Assembly: GCA_002391565.1 (NCBI GenBank)
Contig: DGFH01000301.1
Location: 8,122 to 72,121, forward strand
Direction of reading: 5' to 3'
DNA length: 64,000 bases
DNA from: Anaerolineales bacterium UBA3905
GTDB lineage: Bacteria > Chloroflexota > Anaerolineae > Caldilineales > Caldilineaceae
The translations under genes and the position numbers were made by a program. This document shows positions 1 through 10,508 of the stretch, piece after piece (the stretch's first letter is position 1; each line of letters opens with the position of its first letter). Under the pieces are notes generated by a model that searched no databases, had not been told where the DNA came from, and saw only the letters and a program-made list of their open reading frames with translations.

Positions 1-62
1 CGCGCTGATCTGTCCGATCCGCGTCATCCGCATTCCATTTCATCCTTGCGAGGGCGACACGC

Positions 63-1708
63 TTGCAACGGCTCCCAATTGGTGCGCTTTATGCGCTGCC
101 GCTGATCTTTCTGGCGGTCTTCTATCTCTACCCACTGCTGGCGATCTTACGCGTCAGTATGGGCAGCGGCGACTTTCTGGCGCAGGCGGCGACGGCGCTG
201 ACCTCGGCGGCCTTCTGGCGTTTGCTTTGGTTCACGACCTGGCAGGCGGCGCTCTCCACGCTGCTGACCGTACTGGCCGGGCTGCCGCTGGCTTACATCT
301 TTGCGCGCTTCGATTTTCCCGGCAAACGCGTGTTGCACGCGCTGCTGACCATCCCCTTCGTTATGCCGACCGTCGTCGTCGCCACCGCGTTTATGGCGCT
401 GATCGGGCGCACCGGTCTCCTCAATGAGTGGCTGCAACGCCTGCTGGCGCTCGATTCACCGCCGATCCAGCTTGAGCAGACCATCTGGCTGATCCTCATC
501 GTCCACGTCTTTTACAATGTCGCCATCATCATCCGCACCGTTGGCGGCTTTTGGAGCAACCTGAACCAGCACCTGAACGAAGCAGCGGCGGTCTTGGGCG
601 CAACGCCCTGGCAGGTCTGGCGCACCGTCACCTTGCCGCTGCTGCTGCCCAGCATCCTGGCGGCGAGCCTGCTCGTCTTTCTGTTTTGCTTCACCAGCTT
701 TGGCGTCATCTTGATTCTGGGCGGGCCGCGCTTCGCCACCATCGAGGTTGAAATCTATCGGCAGGCAGTCAGTTATTTCAACCTGCCGCTGGCGGCTTTC
801 CTCAGCATCGTGCAGCTTGGGCTGACCTTCAGCGTGATGGTCGTGTATACACGGCTGCAGGCGCGCTTGAGCCGCACATTGCGTCAACGCCGGCCTGTGC
901 GCAGTCAGCCACCGCGCGCCTGGCGACAGTGGGCGCTGGTGATTGCCGCGCTGCTGGTCACGGCCGTGGGGTTGCTGGCGCCGCTGGCTGCCCTGGTGGT
1001 GCGCAGCTTCACCCTCGGCGACCAGGGATCAACGCTGCGCTACTACCAGGCGCTGACCGAAAATCCGCGTCAGAGCGCGTTCTTTGCGCCGCCGATCACT
1101 GCCGTCGCCAACTCCTTGACCTACGCGCTGGCGACGCTCGCCATCAGCCTGCCGCTGGGCGTGATCAGCGCGTACATGCTGGCGCAACCGCGTTCGCGCA
1201 CAGCGGTCATCCTCGACCCGCTGCTGTTGCTGCCTCTCGGCACCTCAGCGGTGACGCTCGGCTTCGGCTACATCGTGGCGATGGGCCCGCTGCGCGCCTC
1301 ACCCTGGTTGACGCCGATTGCCCATGCGCTGATTGCGCTGCCTTTCGTGGTGCGCACCTTTCTGCCAGCGCGGCGTGCGCTCGATCAACGGCTGCAGATG
1401 GCGGCGGCGACGCTCGGCGCCGCCCCATGGCAACGCTGGTGGACGATCGACGCGCCACTATTGACGCGCGCGCTGGCGATCAGCGCAGCCTTCGCCTTTG
1501 CCATCAGCCTGGGCGAATTTGGCGCCACGCTGCTTGTTGCCCGTCCCGACCGGCCCACCATGCCGATGGTGATCTACCAGGCGCTGGGACGCCCCGGTTT
1601 GCTCAACTACGGCCAGGCGCTGGCAATGAGCACTATTCTGATGGTGGTCACTGCCGCTGCTCTGCTTGCCATCGAGCGCTTTCGTCTGCCCGGCGAGGAG
1701 GAGTTCTG

Positions 1709-1709
<1 letters not shown>
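63..1709 (+). CDS. ABC transporter permease, ThiP/FbpB (thiamine/Fe3+) family
   Basis: 548 aa, about 12 TM segments, two EAA loops ([20 protein letters not shown]); TTG start; stop overlaps ATPase start. Confidence 0.85.
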
Positions 1710-2767
<1,058 letters not shown>

Positions 2768-2785
<18 letters not shown>

Positions 2786-2815
2786 CGGCTGACGTGTGAC
2801 GGCTGACGTGTGACG
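2768..2815. repeat. Tandem repeat (GTGACGGCTGACGT)x3 plus partial copy
   Basis: Exact 14-nt copies at 2768, 2782, 2796 and GTGACG at 2810; spans the ATPase stop between convergent genes. Confidence 0.95.
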
Positions 2816-2817
2816 CC

Positions 2818-3699
2818 TCACGGCGCCGGCTCCAGCAGCGTCAACTGGCTGGTGTTGGCGGGCGTCCAGCCGGTGACGCCGTCGGCGGTCTCGACGTACC
2901 ACCACACAATGGTGTCACTGTCGCCCAGCAGCCAGGTGGGGCCGCCCGTAATGACAGCAGTGGCGCCATTCTCCAGGAAACCGACGGGGTCGCCTGCATC
3001 CGCCCCTGGCGCGGAACGCACGAACGAACGCAATCCAGGGCGGATGCGCACCTGCATCCCAACGGCGAGAGTCGGGTCGGCATTGACGCTAGGCGGCAGA
3101 CCGTTTGTGTTGGGCAAGAGCGAATCGACTGCGCCGGTCGCAGAGGCGCCACCGGCGGCGGGTGCTGCTTCGGCTGCGCGCGGCGCTGCACGCTGAACAA
3201 CGGCTGACGCGGCCACATCGCCCGGCAGCGCAACAGTGGCAGAAGCAGGGCGGAAAAGCGTCCGATTGAGCAGACCGACCAGCAACAACACGACGACCAG
3301 GGCGGCATAGCCCACGGCAAAGGGCCAGATACGCACGCGCTGCTCTGGGCGATAGATGGGATCGGGGTTGCTATGGCGGATGATCTCCTGCGCCATCGGT
3401 GTGCCGTCGATCACGGCCAGATCGGAACTAAGACCGTTGCCAAGATAGTTGCTTTCGACGATCTCCACCGCGCGGTCGAAAATTTCTTCCTGCACTGGCT
3501 CTAGCGCATGATAGCGCTCGTAGTAGCAAAGCTCGGCGCGCAGTACGCGTTGCTGGCTATCGAGCAGCACAGTCAATCCCGCGCGGCGATGGCCGGTGCG
3601 ATCCAGGATCTCGTAATAATGCGCATTGGTGGGGGCAGATACGACCTGGACGAAGCCTGCTTCACTGCCAGCTGATGAGGTCGAAGTAGTGTAAGTCAT
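2818..3699 (-). CDS. Hypothetical single-pass membrane protein with C-terminal SH3-like domain
   Basis: TM helix ([18 protein letters not shown]), Ala/Pro linker, C-terminal VRSAPG...GPTW...[13 protein letters not shown] pattern of bacterial SH3-like domains. Confidence 0.65.
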   Translation of the reverse strand: MTYTTSTSSAGSEAGFVQVVSAPTNAHYYEILDRTGHRRAGLTVLLDSQQRVLRAELCYYERYHALEPVQEEIFDRAVEIVESNYLGNGLSSDLAVIDGTPMAQEIIRHSNPDPIYRPEQRVRIWPFAVGYAALVVVLLLVGLLNRTLFRPASATVALPGDVAASAVVQRAAPRAAEAAPAAGGASATGAVDSLLPNTNGLPPSVNADPTLAVGMQVRIRPGLRSFVRSAPGADAGDPVGFLENGATAVITGGPTWLLGDSDTIVWWYVETADGVTGWTPANTSQLTLLEPAP

Positions 3700-3734
3700 G
3701 ACATAGTTCTTCTATCTTGCGTGATCGCCGTGGC

Positions 3735-4139
3735 TCAATAAGCGCCGAGTTCGAGCAGCCGCTCATCGCTGATGCCGAAGTGGTGCGCAATTTCATGCAG
3801 AACGGTGCGCCGAATCTGGGCGCGAACGGCCTCTTCATCGGGTGGGCACATTTGCAGGATCGGTCCGCGAAAGATTGTGATCTTATCAGGCAAGACCAGA
3901 CTGTAGTGGCTGGTGCGCCGTGTCAGCGCTACGCCTTCGTATAAACCTAACAGCGTGCCGCCGCCCGGGCCGATCCCAACGCTCTCCAGCTGGCGGCGCG
4001 TCGGCCATTCCTGCACAGTGACGGCGACATTATCCACCACGTTCCACAGCGCATCAGGAATTTCCTCAATGGCTTCAGCCACCAGCTCCTCGAAGCGACG
4101 CCGCGAAATGTAGAACGGTTGATCGGCAGGTGGCAACAT
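3735..4139 (-). CDS. Zincin-like minimal metallopeptidase (DUF1025 type)
   Basis: LLGLYEG, ITIFRGPI and TVLHEIAHHFG (HExxH). Confidence 0.85.
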   Translation of the reverse strand: MLPPADQPFYISRRRFEELVAEAIEEIPDALWNVVDNVAVTVQEWPTRRQLESVGIGPGGGTLLGLYEGVALTRRTSHYSLVLPDKITIFRGPILQMCPPDEEAVRAQIRRTVLHEIAHHFGISDERLLELGAY

Positions 4140-4151
4140 GAGGTCGGCGCG

Positions 4152-4541
4152 CTACTCCTCGGGACAGATGATCTTTTCGCCATCGCTGCGGCTGTCGGTG
4201 TGCACGATGACCTGTCCATCCGCCGTTTCCAACACAATGCGATAACCAGGCGTGATGACGGCGGCGTAGATCATGTCCGGTTGGGGGCAGCCAAGCCCAG
4301 CATCGGGCCAGTTGACCGCCTCCACTGCGATGATGCGCAGCGCCTCAGGCGCAACGCCGAGCGTCGCCGCCGCAAAGTCAACGCTTGCCGCCGCCATTGC
4401 CGCTGCCTCTGGCGCCAGCACAGGCGTAGCAACTATCTCAGGAGCAGCAGCCGGCGCAGGGCGCACCGGCTGACAAGCCGTCAATAGAAGCGCCATCAGC
4501 GCCACTATTCCGGGACTGCGCAGTCCCCACCTGTGTCGCAT
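4152..4541 (-). CDS. Small lipoprotein
   Basis: Lipobox LLTAC; domain motif VNWPDAGLGCPQP...VITPGYRIVL; ATG at 4541 just downstream of yggT. Confidence 0.7.
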   Translation of the reverse strand: MRHRWGLRSPGIVALMALLLTACQPVRPAPAAAPEIVATPVLAPEAAAMAAASVDFAAATLGVAPEALRIIAVEAVNWPDAGLGCPQPDMIYAAVITPGYRIVLETADGQVIVHTDSRSDGEKIICPEE

Positions 4542-4546
4542 CAGAT

Positions 4547-4804
4547 TCACGCCAGGGTTTGCAGCATCTGCTGCAAGATCATCAACGCAAAGAAGACGAC
4601 GATCATGGAAATATCGATCGTGCCGCCCAGCGGTGGAATCAATCTGCGCACGGGCTCCAACACCGGCTCGGTGATCTGATAGAGAAATTGCACAGCCGGA
4701 TTGTAGGGATCCAGGTTGGGAATCCAACTGATCAGCGCACGCGCCACCAACACCCAACTATAAAGCTGGATCAACGTGGACAAAATCAACAAAATTTCTC
4801 TCAT
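4547..4804 (-). CDS. yggT: YggT family membrane protein
   Basis: LISW...NP...[19 protein letters not shown]...IDIS motif; follows proC. Confidence 0.9.
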   Translation of the reverse strand: MREILLILSTLIQLYSWVLVARALISWIPNLDPYNPAVQFLYQITEPVLEPVRRLIPPLGGTIDISMIVVFFALMILQQMLQTLA

Positions 4805-5637
4805 GGGACATCCTTCTTTTCACTCAGTGCGCCAAGTTCCTGGCTGCGTCGATATGCCGCAAAGATTGCATCGTTGATGATGGCGCGAATGCTCGCCTTT
4901 TCGAGTTCGTAGAGGCCAGCGGCGGTCGTGCCACCGGGGCTGGTGACCTGATTCTTGAGTTCGGCGGAGTGGCGGCCACTGGCGCGCATCAAGGCCACAG
5001 TGCCGTCAATGGTCTGAAGCACCATCTTTTCGGCGTCGCGCCGCGAAAAGCCCATGTGGACGCCAGCGTCGATCATCGCTTCGATCAGCAGCAACACAAA
5101 ACCAGGGCCGGAGCCGCTCAGACCGGTCGCCATGTCGAGAAAGCCTTCCTCGTCAACCTGGAGTTGTTCGCCCATCGCGCCGAGAATCGCCTCAGTCTGC
5201 TTGACCTGGCGCGGCGTGACATGCTCGGTGGCCGTCCATACGGTCATGCCTTTACCAAGCTGCCCCGGCGTGTTAGGCATGGCGCGCACGATGCGGTCGT
5301 GATAGAGCTTGTTCTGCAGCGTGCTGATGCGCGTCCCGGCGATGATGCTGAGCACCAGCGCGTCGGGGTGAATCTTGCTGTGCAGATCTTTCCCAACTTT
5401 CTGCAGTGATTGCGGCTTGATGCTGAGGACGACGATGTCGGCGTCGCGCACCGCTGCGGCGTTGTCGGCGGTTGTTTCAACCCCGTAAGTTGTGCGAATG
5501 TATTCCAGCCGCTCCAGCCAAGGGTCACTGGCGCGCAGACAATCGGCGGTCGTCAACCCCTGCGCCAACAACCCTTTGATCATGGCCTCGCCCATGACGC
5601 CGCTGCCGATGAAAGCAATCCTGGTTCCGTTGAGCAT
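4801..5637 (-). CDS. proC: Pyrroline-5-carboxylate reductase
   Basis: IGSGVMG Rossmann motif, [23 protein letters not shown]. Confidence 0.95.
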   Translation of the reverse strand: MLNGTRIAFIGSGVMGEAMIKGLLAQGLTTADCLRASDPWLERLEYIRTTYGVETTADNAAAVRDADIVVLSIKPQSLQKVGKDLHSKIHPDALVLSIIAGTRISTLQNKLYHDRIVRAMPNTPGQLGKGMTVWTATEHVTPRQVKQTEAILGAMGEQLQVDEEGFLDMATGLSGSGPGFVLLLIEAMIDAGVHMGFSRRDAEKMVLQTIDGTVALMRASGRHSAELKNQVTSPGGTTAAGLYELEKASIRAIINDAIFAAYRRSQELGALSEKKDVP

Positions 5638-5643
5638 ACTTCC

Positions 5644-6366
5644 TTACCCGTTTCTCGCCCCGAAGATGGCTGAACCGATGCGCACGATCGTCGCCCCTTC
5701 TTCGATGGCTATCTCAAAGTCATTGGTCATTCCCATCGACAGCTCACACCAGTCACCGTGCGGGAAGCGAGTGGCCAACTCGTCGCGCAGTTGGCGCAGC
5801 GCCCGAAAGACGGGACGCGTTGCTTCCGGCACGGCCTCAAAGGGCGCCATCGTCATCAGCCCATGAATGCGGATGCCGGGCAGCGCCAGCAGATCGGCGG
5901 CGGCTTCCAGCAGGTCGGCTGGCGTGAAGCCATGTTTGCTCGCCTCGCCGCTCACGTTGACCTCCAGCAGTACATCCAGTACGCAGCCGGCGGTCCGGGC
6001 GTCGCGACTCAGACGTTGGGCGATCTTGACGCGATCTACGGCGTGAATCAGCGCCAGTGGGCCGACGGCGTCACCCGTTTTACGGCTCTGGATCGTGCCG
6101 ATCATGTGCCAGCGAATGGCCTCGAGGCCTTCCGTCTGCGCGGCGGCCACCTTCGGCCATAGTTCTTCCAGCCGGTTTTCGCCAAAGTCATGCTGCCCCG
6201 CTGCCAGCGCCGCCGCAATGTCAGCCAAAGGATAGGTCTTGCTGACTGCAACCAGGCGCACATCCTCGGGATGGCGCCCACTACGTTCGGCGGCGGTCGC
6301 CATGCGCCGACGCACCTCTGCCAGGTTCGCAGCAATTTCGGCTGCACGCACGGGATCGAGCATCAT
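5644..6366 (-). CDS. yggS: PLP homeostasis protein YggS/PLPBP
   Basis: [41 protein letters not shown]; start taken at ATG 6366. Confidence 0.95.
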   Translation of the reverse strand: MMLDPVRAAEIAANLAEVRRRMATAAERSGRHPEDVRLVAVSKTYPLADIAAALAAGQHDFGENRLEELWPKVAAAQTEGLEAIRWHMIGTIQSRKTGDAVGPLALIHAVDRVKIAQRLSRDARTAGCVLDVLLEVNVSGEASKHGFTPADLLEAAADLLALPGIRIHGLMTMAPFEAVPEATRPVFRALRQLRDELATRFPHGDWCELSMGMTNDFEIAIEEGATIVRIGSAIFGARNG

Positions 6367-6558
6367 AGCGTTCGATTCTACCAACGAATTGGGCGCGGGG
6401 CAAGCCGTTGCCGAGTGCAGGGTTCGACTTCACATCGCTACACAGAGACGTCAACATTGTGATTGAAGTCGCAATTGACTATCATATGCAACGCACATGC
6501 AAAGAATGTGCTGCACAGTCGTTGCAGGTAAAGCATCAACGTATAGAAAGCAGACCAC

Positions 6559-7383
6559 ATGCACACGCAAAGACATCGTCGTGCACTGATTCTCTTTTTT
6601 GTTCTGGCATTTCTGTTGCCGTGGTTGATTTGGGGAACATCAATCGCCGAATCACGCGGCCTGTTGTCATTTCATATTCCGCAGTCGCTGGCGTTCTAGA
6701 TCGGATTAACGCTGGCGACTTATGGAACCGCTGCGATCACGGGTGGATGGCCCGCTGTCAAAGACCTTCTGGTGCGCCTGATCCGCTGGCGCGTCCAGCC
6801 AGTCTGGTATGTCGTTGCGCTCGGCGTCACTGGCGTGCTGAGTCTGCTGGCAATGGGCGGCTATCTGTTGACGGGGGGCGCGAATCAGGTGGGCGTGCTG
6901 TTGTCAGGCCAGGATTTGTTGCCGTCGCTACTGTTTCAGACTTTCTTCTTTCTGATCACCGAGGAAACCGCCTGGCGCGGCTTCGCCCTACCGCGTCTGC
7001 AAGCTAGCTACAGCGCCTTGAACGCCAGCCTGCTGCTGGGCGCGCTGTGGGGCGTCTGGCATTTACCGCTTTTCTTGATCCCGGACTCGTTTCAAGCGAC
7101 GCTGCCTCTGGCTGGCTTTCTGCTGGCAACGCTTGCCATGAGCATCATCACCACCTGGGTCTTCAATCATACACACGGCAGCGTGCTGCTGGTCGCTATC
7201 TTGCACGCCGCCACCGATGTGACGATTGCCTTCACCAATGTCATGTCGGGCGCTCCAACGCTCTTCTGGATCTTTGTTGGCGTGCAGTGCGCCTTTGCTG
7301 CGCTGCTGGTGATCACACAGGGTTCCGCCCATCTGGCGCGCAACGCTGACCTCAACGGTACGGTGACGCCAACCGATTTATGA
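6559..7383 (+). pseudogene. CPBP family (Abi/CAAX-like) intramembrane metalloprotease interrupted by an in-frame TAG at 6697-6699
   Basis: ATG 6559 after AGAAAG reads MHTQRHRRALILFFVLAF...QSLAF*IGLTLATYG in frame with ORF 6772..7383, which has EETAWRG, WHLP and LHAATD motifs. Confidence 0.75.
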
Positions 7384-7384
7384 T

Positions 7385-7439
7385 GCAAAAGACCCACAAT
7401 CAGTTTGTCATGCGACATTACTGATTGTGGGTCTTTTGC
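7385..7439. terminator. Bidirectional intrinsic terminator
   Basis: Perfect 20-bp inverted repeat (7385-7404 / 7420-7439) with AAAA/TTTT in the arms, between convergent CPBP gene and tRNA. Confidence 0.8.
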
Positions 7440-7448
7440 TGATTGGTC

Positions 7449-7525
<77 letters not shown>

Positions 7526-7582
7526 AGGCAAGTCTCTAACCAGACAATTTCATCGAACGTGCAGCGCATTTCGATGTTCGGA

Positions 7583-7611
7583 AGCATATCATGCTGCCCA
7601 CACCCTGTCAA
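7583..7611 (-). promoter_or_regulatory. Sigma70-type promoter of tRNA-Asp
   Basis: TTGACA-17 nt-TATGCT with extended TG on the minus strand, about 55 nt upstream of the tRNA. Confidence 0.75.
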
Positions 7612-7637
7612 ATCAACGAGGGTTGCACTGCACGCAA

Positions 7638-8474
7638 TCATGGTTGTGCAACCACGTTTGCACGCCAAATGGCACTGTCGATCTGCACAGCGTGGGCGCC
7701 GGCGGCGAGCGCATGGCGGACATGCATTGCATGAAGCACACCACCGCTCGCAATTAGAGCGCAGTCAAGTTGCGCCGCCGCCACCTCACGCAACACATTC
7801 ATCATCAGGGAAAATGCGCCAGTTCCATAAAGCGCACCGGCGACGGACGCTGACTCACCCATCACTGGATCAGAACGGAAGGCAACGCCCGGCGCCGGTT
7901 GGCCGACAACCACGCCGACCGCCCCCGCCGACACTGCACGCGTCGCCAGTGTTACGGCATTTGTCAATGGCAGCTTCACCCAGACTGGCGCATCACAAAC
8001 CTGCACCAATGCACGCACGCCATCGGCTGCCAGCGCAGGCGTTATGGCTGACGGCAGATTCCACTCGATGGCGGCCACCCCAGGCGCATGCGCCAGATGG
8101 CGCGCCGACTGCACCAGCTCCGCAACTGTGGCATCGACCAGTTGCACGATTACTGGACAGGCAAGCCGTTGCCAGATGGCGCCATAACGCGTCACGGCGC
8201 GACGTGCGCTGCGGCTGAAGCCAGCATCCCGCACCAACAGGCCGCCATCCAACTCGATCAGCGTTGCCGGCCCGCTGTAGCCGCGCCCTGCCGCACTGAC
8301 CGGGCCAACGATCAGCGCCCCGATTTCTGCCAGCTTGAGACCAGGCGGCAATGGATCGCCAAAGCCAGCCGCTGTCGGCGAGAGCAAGATCGGGGAGGTC
8401 ACCACCAATCCTTGTTTGTGACCGGGCGCCAGATCAATTTCGACCAGGAGGCTGCGTTGTTCAGCTTCACTCAT
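7638..8474 (-). CDS. Dihydroorotate dehydrogenase (PyrD type 1)-like protein, catalytic motif degenerate
   Basis: PyrD-like layout (SPILLS, PVIVQL, PVWVKL, LIASGGV, AGAHAVQI) but EWNLPSA in place of ELNxSCPN. Confidence 0.6.
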   Translation of the reverse strand: MSEAEQRSLLVEIDLAPGHKQGLVVTSPILLSPTAAGFGDPLPPGLKLAEIGALIVGPVSAAGRGYSGPATLIELDGGLLVRDAGFSRSARRAVTRYGAIWQRLACPVIVQLVDATVAELVQSARHLAHAPGVAAIEWNLPSAITPALAADGVRALVQVCDAPVWVKLPLTNAVTLATRAVSAGAVGVVVGQPAPGVAFRSDPVMGESASVAGALYGTGAFSLMMNVLREVAAAQLDCALIASGGVLHAMHVRHALAAGAHAVQIDSAIWRANVVAQP

Positions 8475-8480
8475 ATTGCA

Positions 8481-10508
8481 CTATCGCCGCTCGCTGTTTG
8501 CCAGCACGGCCAGCTCACCGGTGTCCTGATTGCCTAACAACACTGCGCCCTCGAAGCCTTGAATCACCAGCGCAAAGTCGCGCGGTTGCGGCTCAGTGGC
8601 AAACCCCAGCGCCTCCCAACGTCGATCCGCCTGCCACAGCGCTGCAAAACGATCCAACGGCGCAAAGAGTCCCTCTGGCGGCGGCGGTAGATCGGGCGGC
8701 GGGGCGCTCACCTCGGGGATCGGTTGGCGCTCCCAAGCATTGGTGGGGAAATAAACGACATAGAGTTCGGGCGCCGCCACCAGCCCGGCCATGTACCCAT
8801 GCTCGAAAGGCAACATTTGCGCTGCGCCGCGCTGGGCGTCGCCGATAGGACAGCCAATCGCACGGCGCTCTTCCGCCGGGAGTGCAGACAAACGCTGGCG
8901 CAGCGCTTCATCCACTTGTGGCAGACACGCTGCAAGCGCCGCATCCGGGTCAGGCGTCGGTGTGAAGGTTGCCGGCGGGGTCGCCGTCTCTGTGGGAGTG
9001 GGAGGCGGCGCCTCCGTCGGCGTTGCGGTTGCAGTTGGCGCTGGCAGCGCAGTGGCGGTAGGTAATTGCGTCGGCGTTGCCGGTGTTATCGCGGCGTCGC
9101 CGCCGGCGCTTTCGTCCACGATAGGAGGGGTAGCCACAATGTCAGCTGTTGGCGTCGTCCCATCTGTCAGGGAAGTGACGCCTGGCAGCGAGGTTGACCC
9201 GGCAAGCGTGGGCGTCAGTGAGACGCCGCCGCGCAAGAGGCGCGGCGTCTGCATCCCCAGGAGTACGCCTAATGCCATCACCAGCAAACCGCCCACAACG
9301 ATCAACAGAACGTTGACCCATGTTGGCCGCGCCGGGCGCACTGGCGGTGGCGTCGATACAGGCGGCGTCAGGGGCGCTGGCGCCAATGTCGGCGCCGCGG
9401 CAATCGTCGGCTGTGCGGCGCGCAGCAGCGGGTTGGCAGCACGCGCCCCCAGCGCACCGCCAGGCGCCGGCACCAGCACGGTCGAGGAAGTGGTCTCTGT
9501 CGGCGGATTGACCACCGGCACGGCAGTCATCGTCAGCGTGGCGGTGCTCTCGCCTGTCATCGCGTTTGGGCGTGGCGGCGTGCGCCCGGCGGCCAGCGCC
9601 AGCGCATCGGCCATGTCGGCGGCGGTGGCGTAGCGATCCTCCGGGCGTTTCGCCAGACTGCGCTGCAGCACCTCCACCATCAGCGGCGAGAGCTGGCGGA
9701 AGACGCTATCCTCAATGGTCAGCGGTTCGTAAACGTGCGCGTGCAGAATTTGCGTTGTTGTGCCGGTAAAGGGCAGACGCCCCGCCACACAACGGTAGAG
9801 CACTGCGCCCAGTGCATAGATATCGGCGCGGCCATCGACCTCGCGACTCCCTGCACATTGCTCCGGCGCCATGTAGGCGGGCGTACCCACGGTGCGCCCC
9901 ATGTTTGTCAGTTCCGGCGCGTCGAGCGCGCGCGCAATGCCAAAGTCGGTCAAGAGCGGCACCACCGGGTAATCGAGCGCCTCAAGCTGGATGCTGTGTG
10001 GTGCGCCGGGGCTGACCGGACGCAGCAAGATGTTGCCGGGCTTGACATCGCGATGGACAACGCCATGCCGATGCGCTTCGTCCAGGGCGCGGGCAATCGG
10101 TTCGAGCAGGTTGGCGGATTCCTCCGGGCGCAGCCGCCCCTGTTGGCGCAAGAGATCGGCCAGGCTTTCGCCCTCCACCAGTTCCATGGCGATATAGGCG
10201 ACCTCGCCTTGGGGTGCAATGCCGATCTGCAAGATGCGCACGATGTGGGGGTGGCGCAGCGCGCCGGCAGTCATCGCCTCGTTGCGAAAGCGCGTGTAGG
10301 CTTTGGCGTCGGCGCCGGGGAGCAGTAGCTTGAGCGCCACGGTCTGTCCCTGCACCTGGTCGTAGGCGCGATAGACCGTCGCCACCCCGCCGCTGCCCAG
10401 TTGCTGGCCGATCAGATAGCGCCCTAACTGCTTGCCGGTCAGGTTGGTCAGTCCTGCACCCAGGCTCTGACTGCCGCCCTGCTCATCCGCGCTCTCTAGC
10501 GTGTCCAC
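8481..10508 (-). CDS. Hanks-type Ser/Thr protein kinase: TM, Pro/Thr linker, extracytoplasmic LGFP-like domain
   Basis: LGSGGVATVY, VALK, HRDVKPGN, DFG, GTPAYMAPE; TM VLLIVVGGLLVMALGVLLG; start probably GTG 10508, overlapping the upstream kinase stop. Confidence 0.9.
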   Translation of the reverse strand: MDTLESADEQGGSQSLGAGLTNLTGKQLGRYLIGQQLGSGGVATVYRAYDQVQGQTVALKLLLPGADAKAYTRFRNEAMTAGALRHPHIVRILQIGIAPQGEVAYIAMELVEGESLADLLRQQGRLRPEESANLLEPIARALDEAHRHGVVHRDVKPGNILLRPVSPGAPHSIQLEALDYPVVPLLTDFGIARALDAPELTNMGRTVGTPAYMAPEQCAGSREVDGRADIYALGAVLYRCVAGRLPFTGTTTQILHAHVYEPLTIEDSVFRQLSPLMVEVLQRSLAKRPEDRYATAADMADALALAAGRTPPRPNAMTGESTATLTMTAVPVVNPPTETTSSTVLVPAPGGALGARAANPLLRAAQPTIAAAPTLAPAPLTPPVSTPPPVRPARPTWVNVLLIVVGGLLVMALGVLLGMQTPRLLRGGVSLTPTLAGSTSLPGVTSLTDGTTPTADIVATPPIVDESAGGDAAITPATPTQLPTATALPAPTATATPTEAPPPTPTETATPPATFTPTPDPDAALAACLPQVDEALRQRLSALPAEERRAIGCPIGDAQRGAAQMLPFEHGYMAGLVAAPELYVVYFPTNAWERQPIPEVSAPPPDLPPPPEGLFAPLDRFAALWQADRRWEALGFATEPQPRDFALVIQGFEGAVLLGNQDTGELAVLANSERR

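Noticed and set aside
929-1708. N-terminal extension of the ABC ATPase ORF overlapping the permease
   Set aside because: The extension is not protein-like; the ATPase fold starts at ATG 1709, coupled to the permease stop
6697-6699. Pyrrolysine or programmed amber recoding
   Set aside because: No pyl genes or suppressor tRNA in the window; a Trp codon mutation or base-call error is simpler
6408-7007. 199-aa ORF overlapping the CPBP gene
   Set aside because: Alternative frame with no motifs; the real frame starts at 6559
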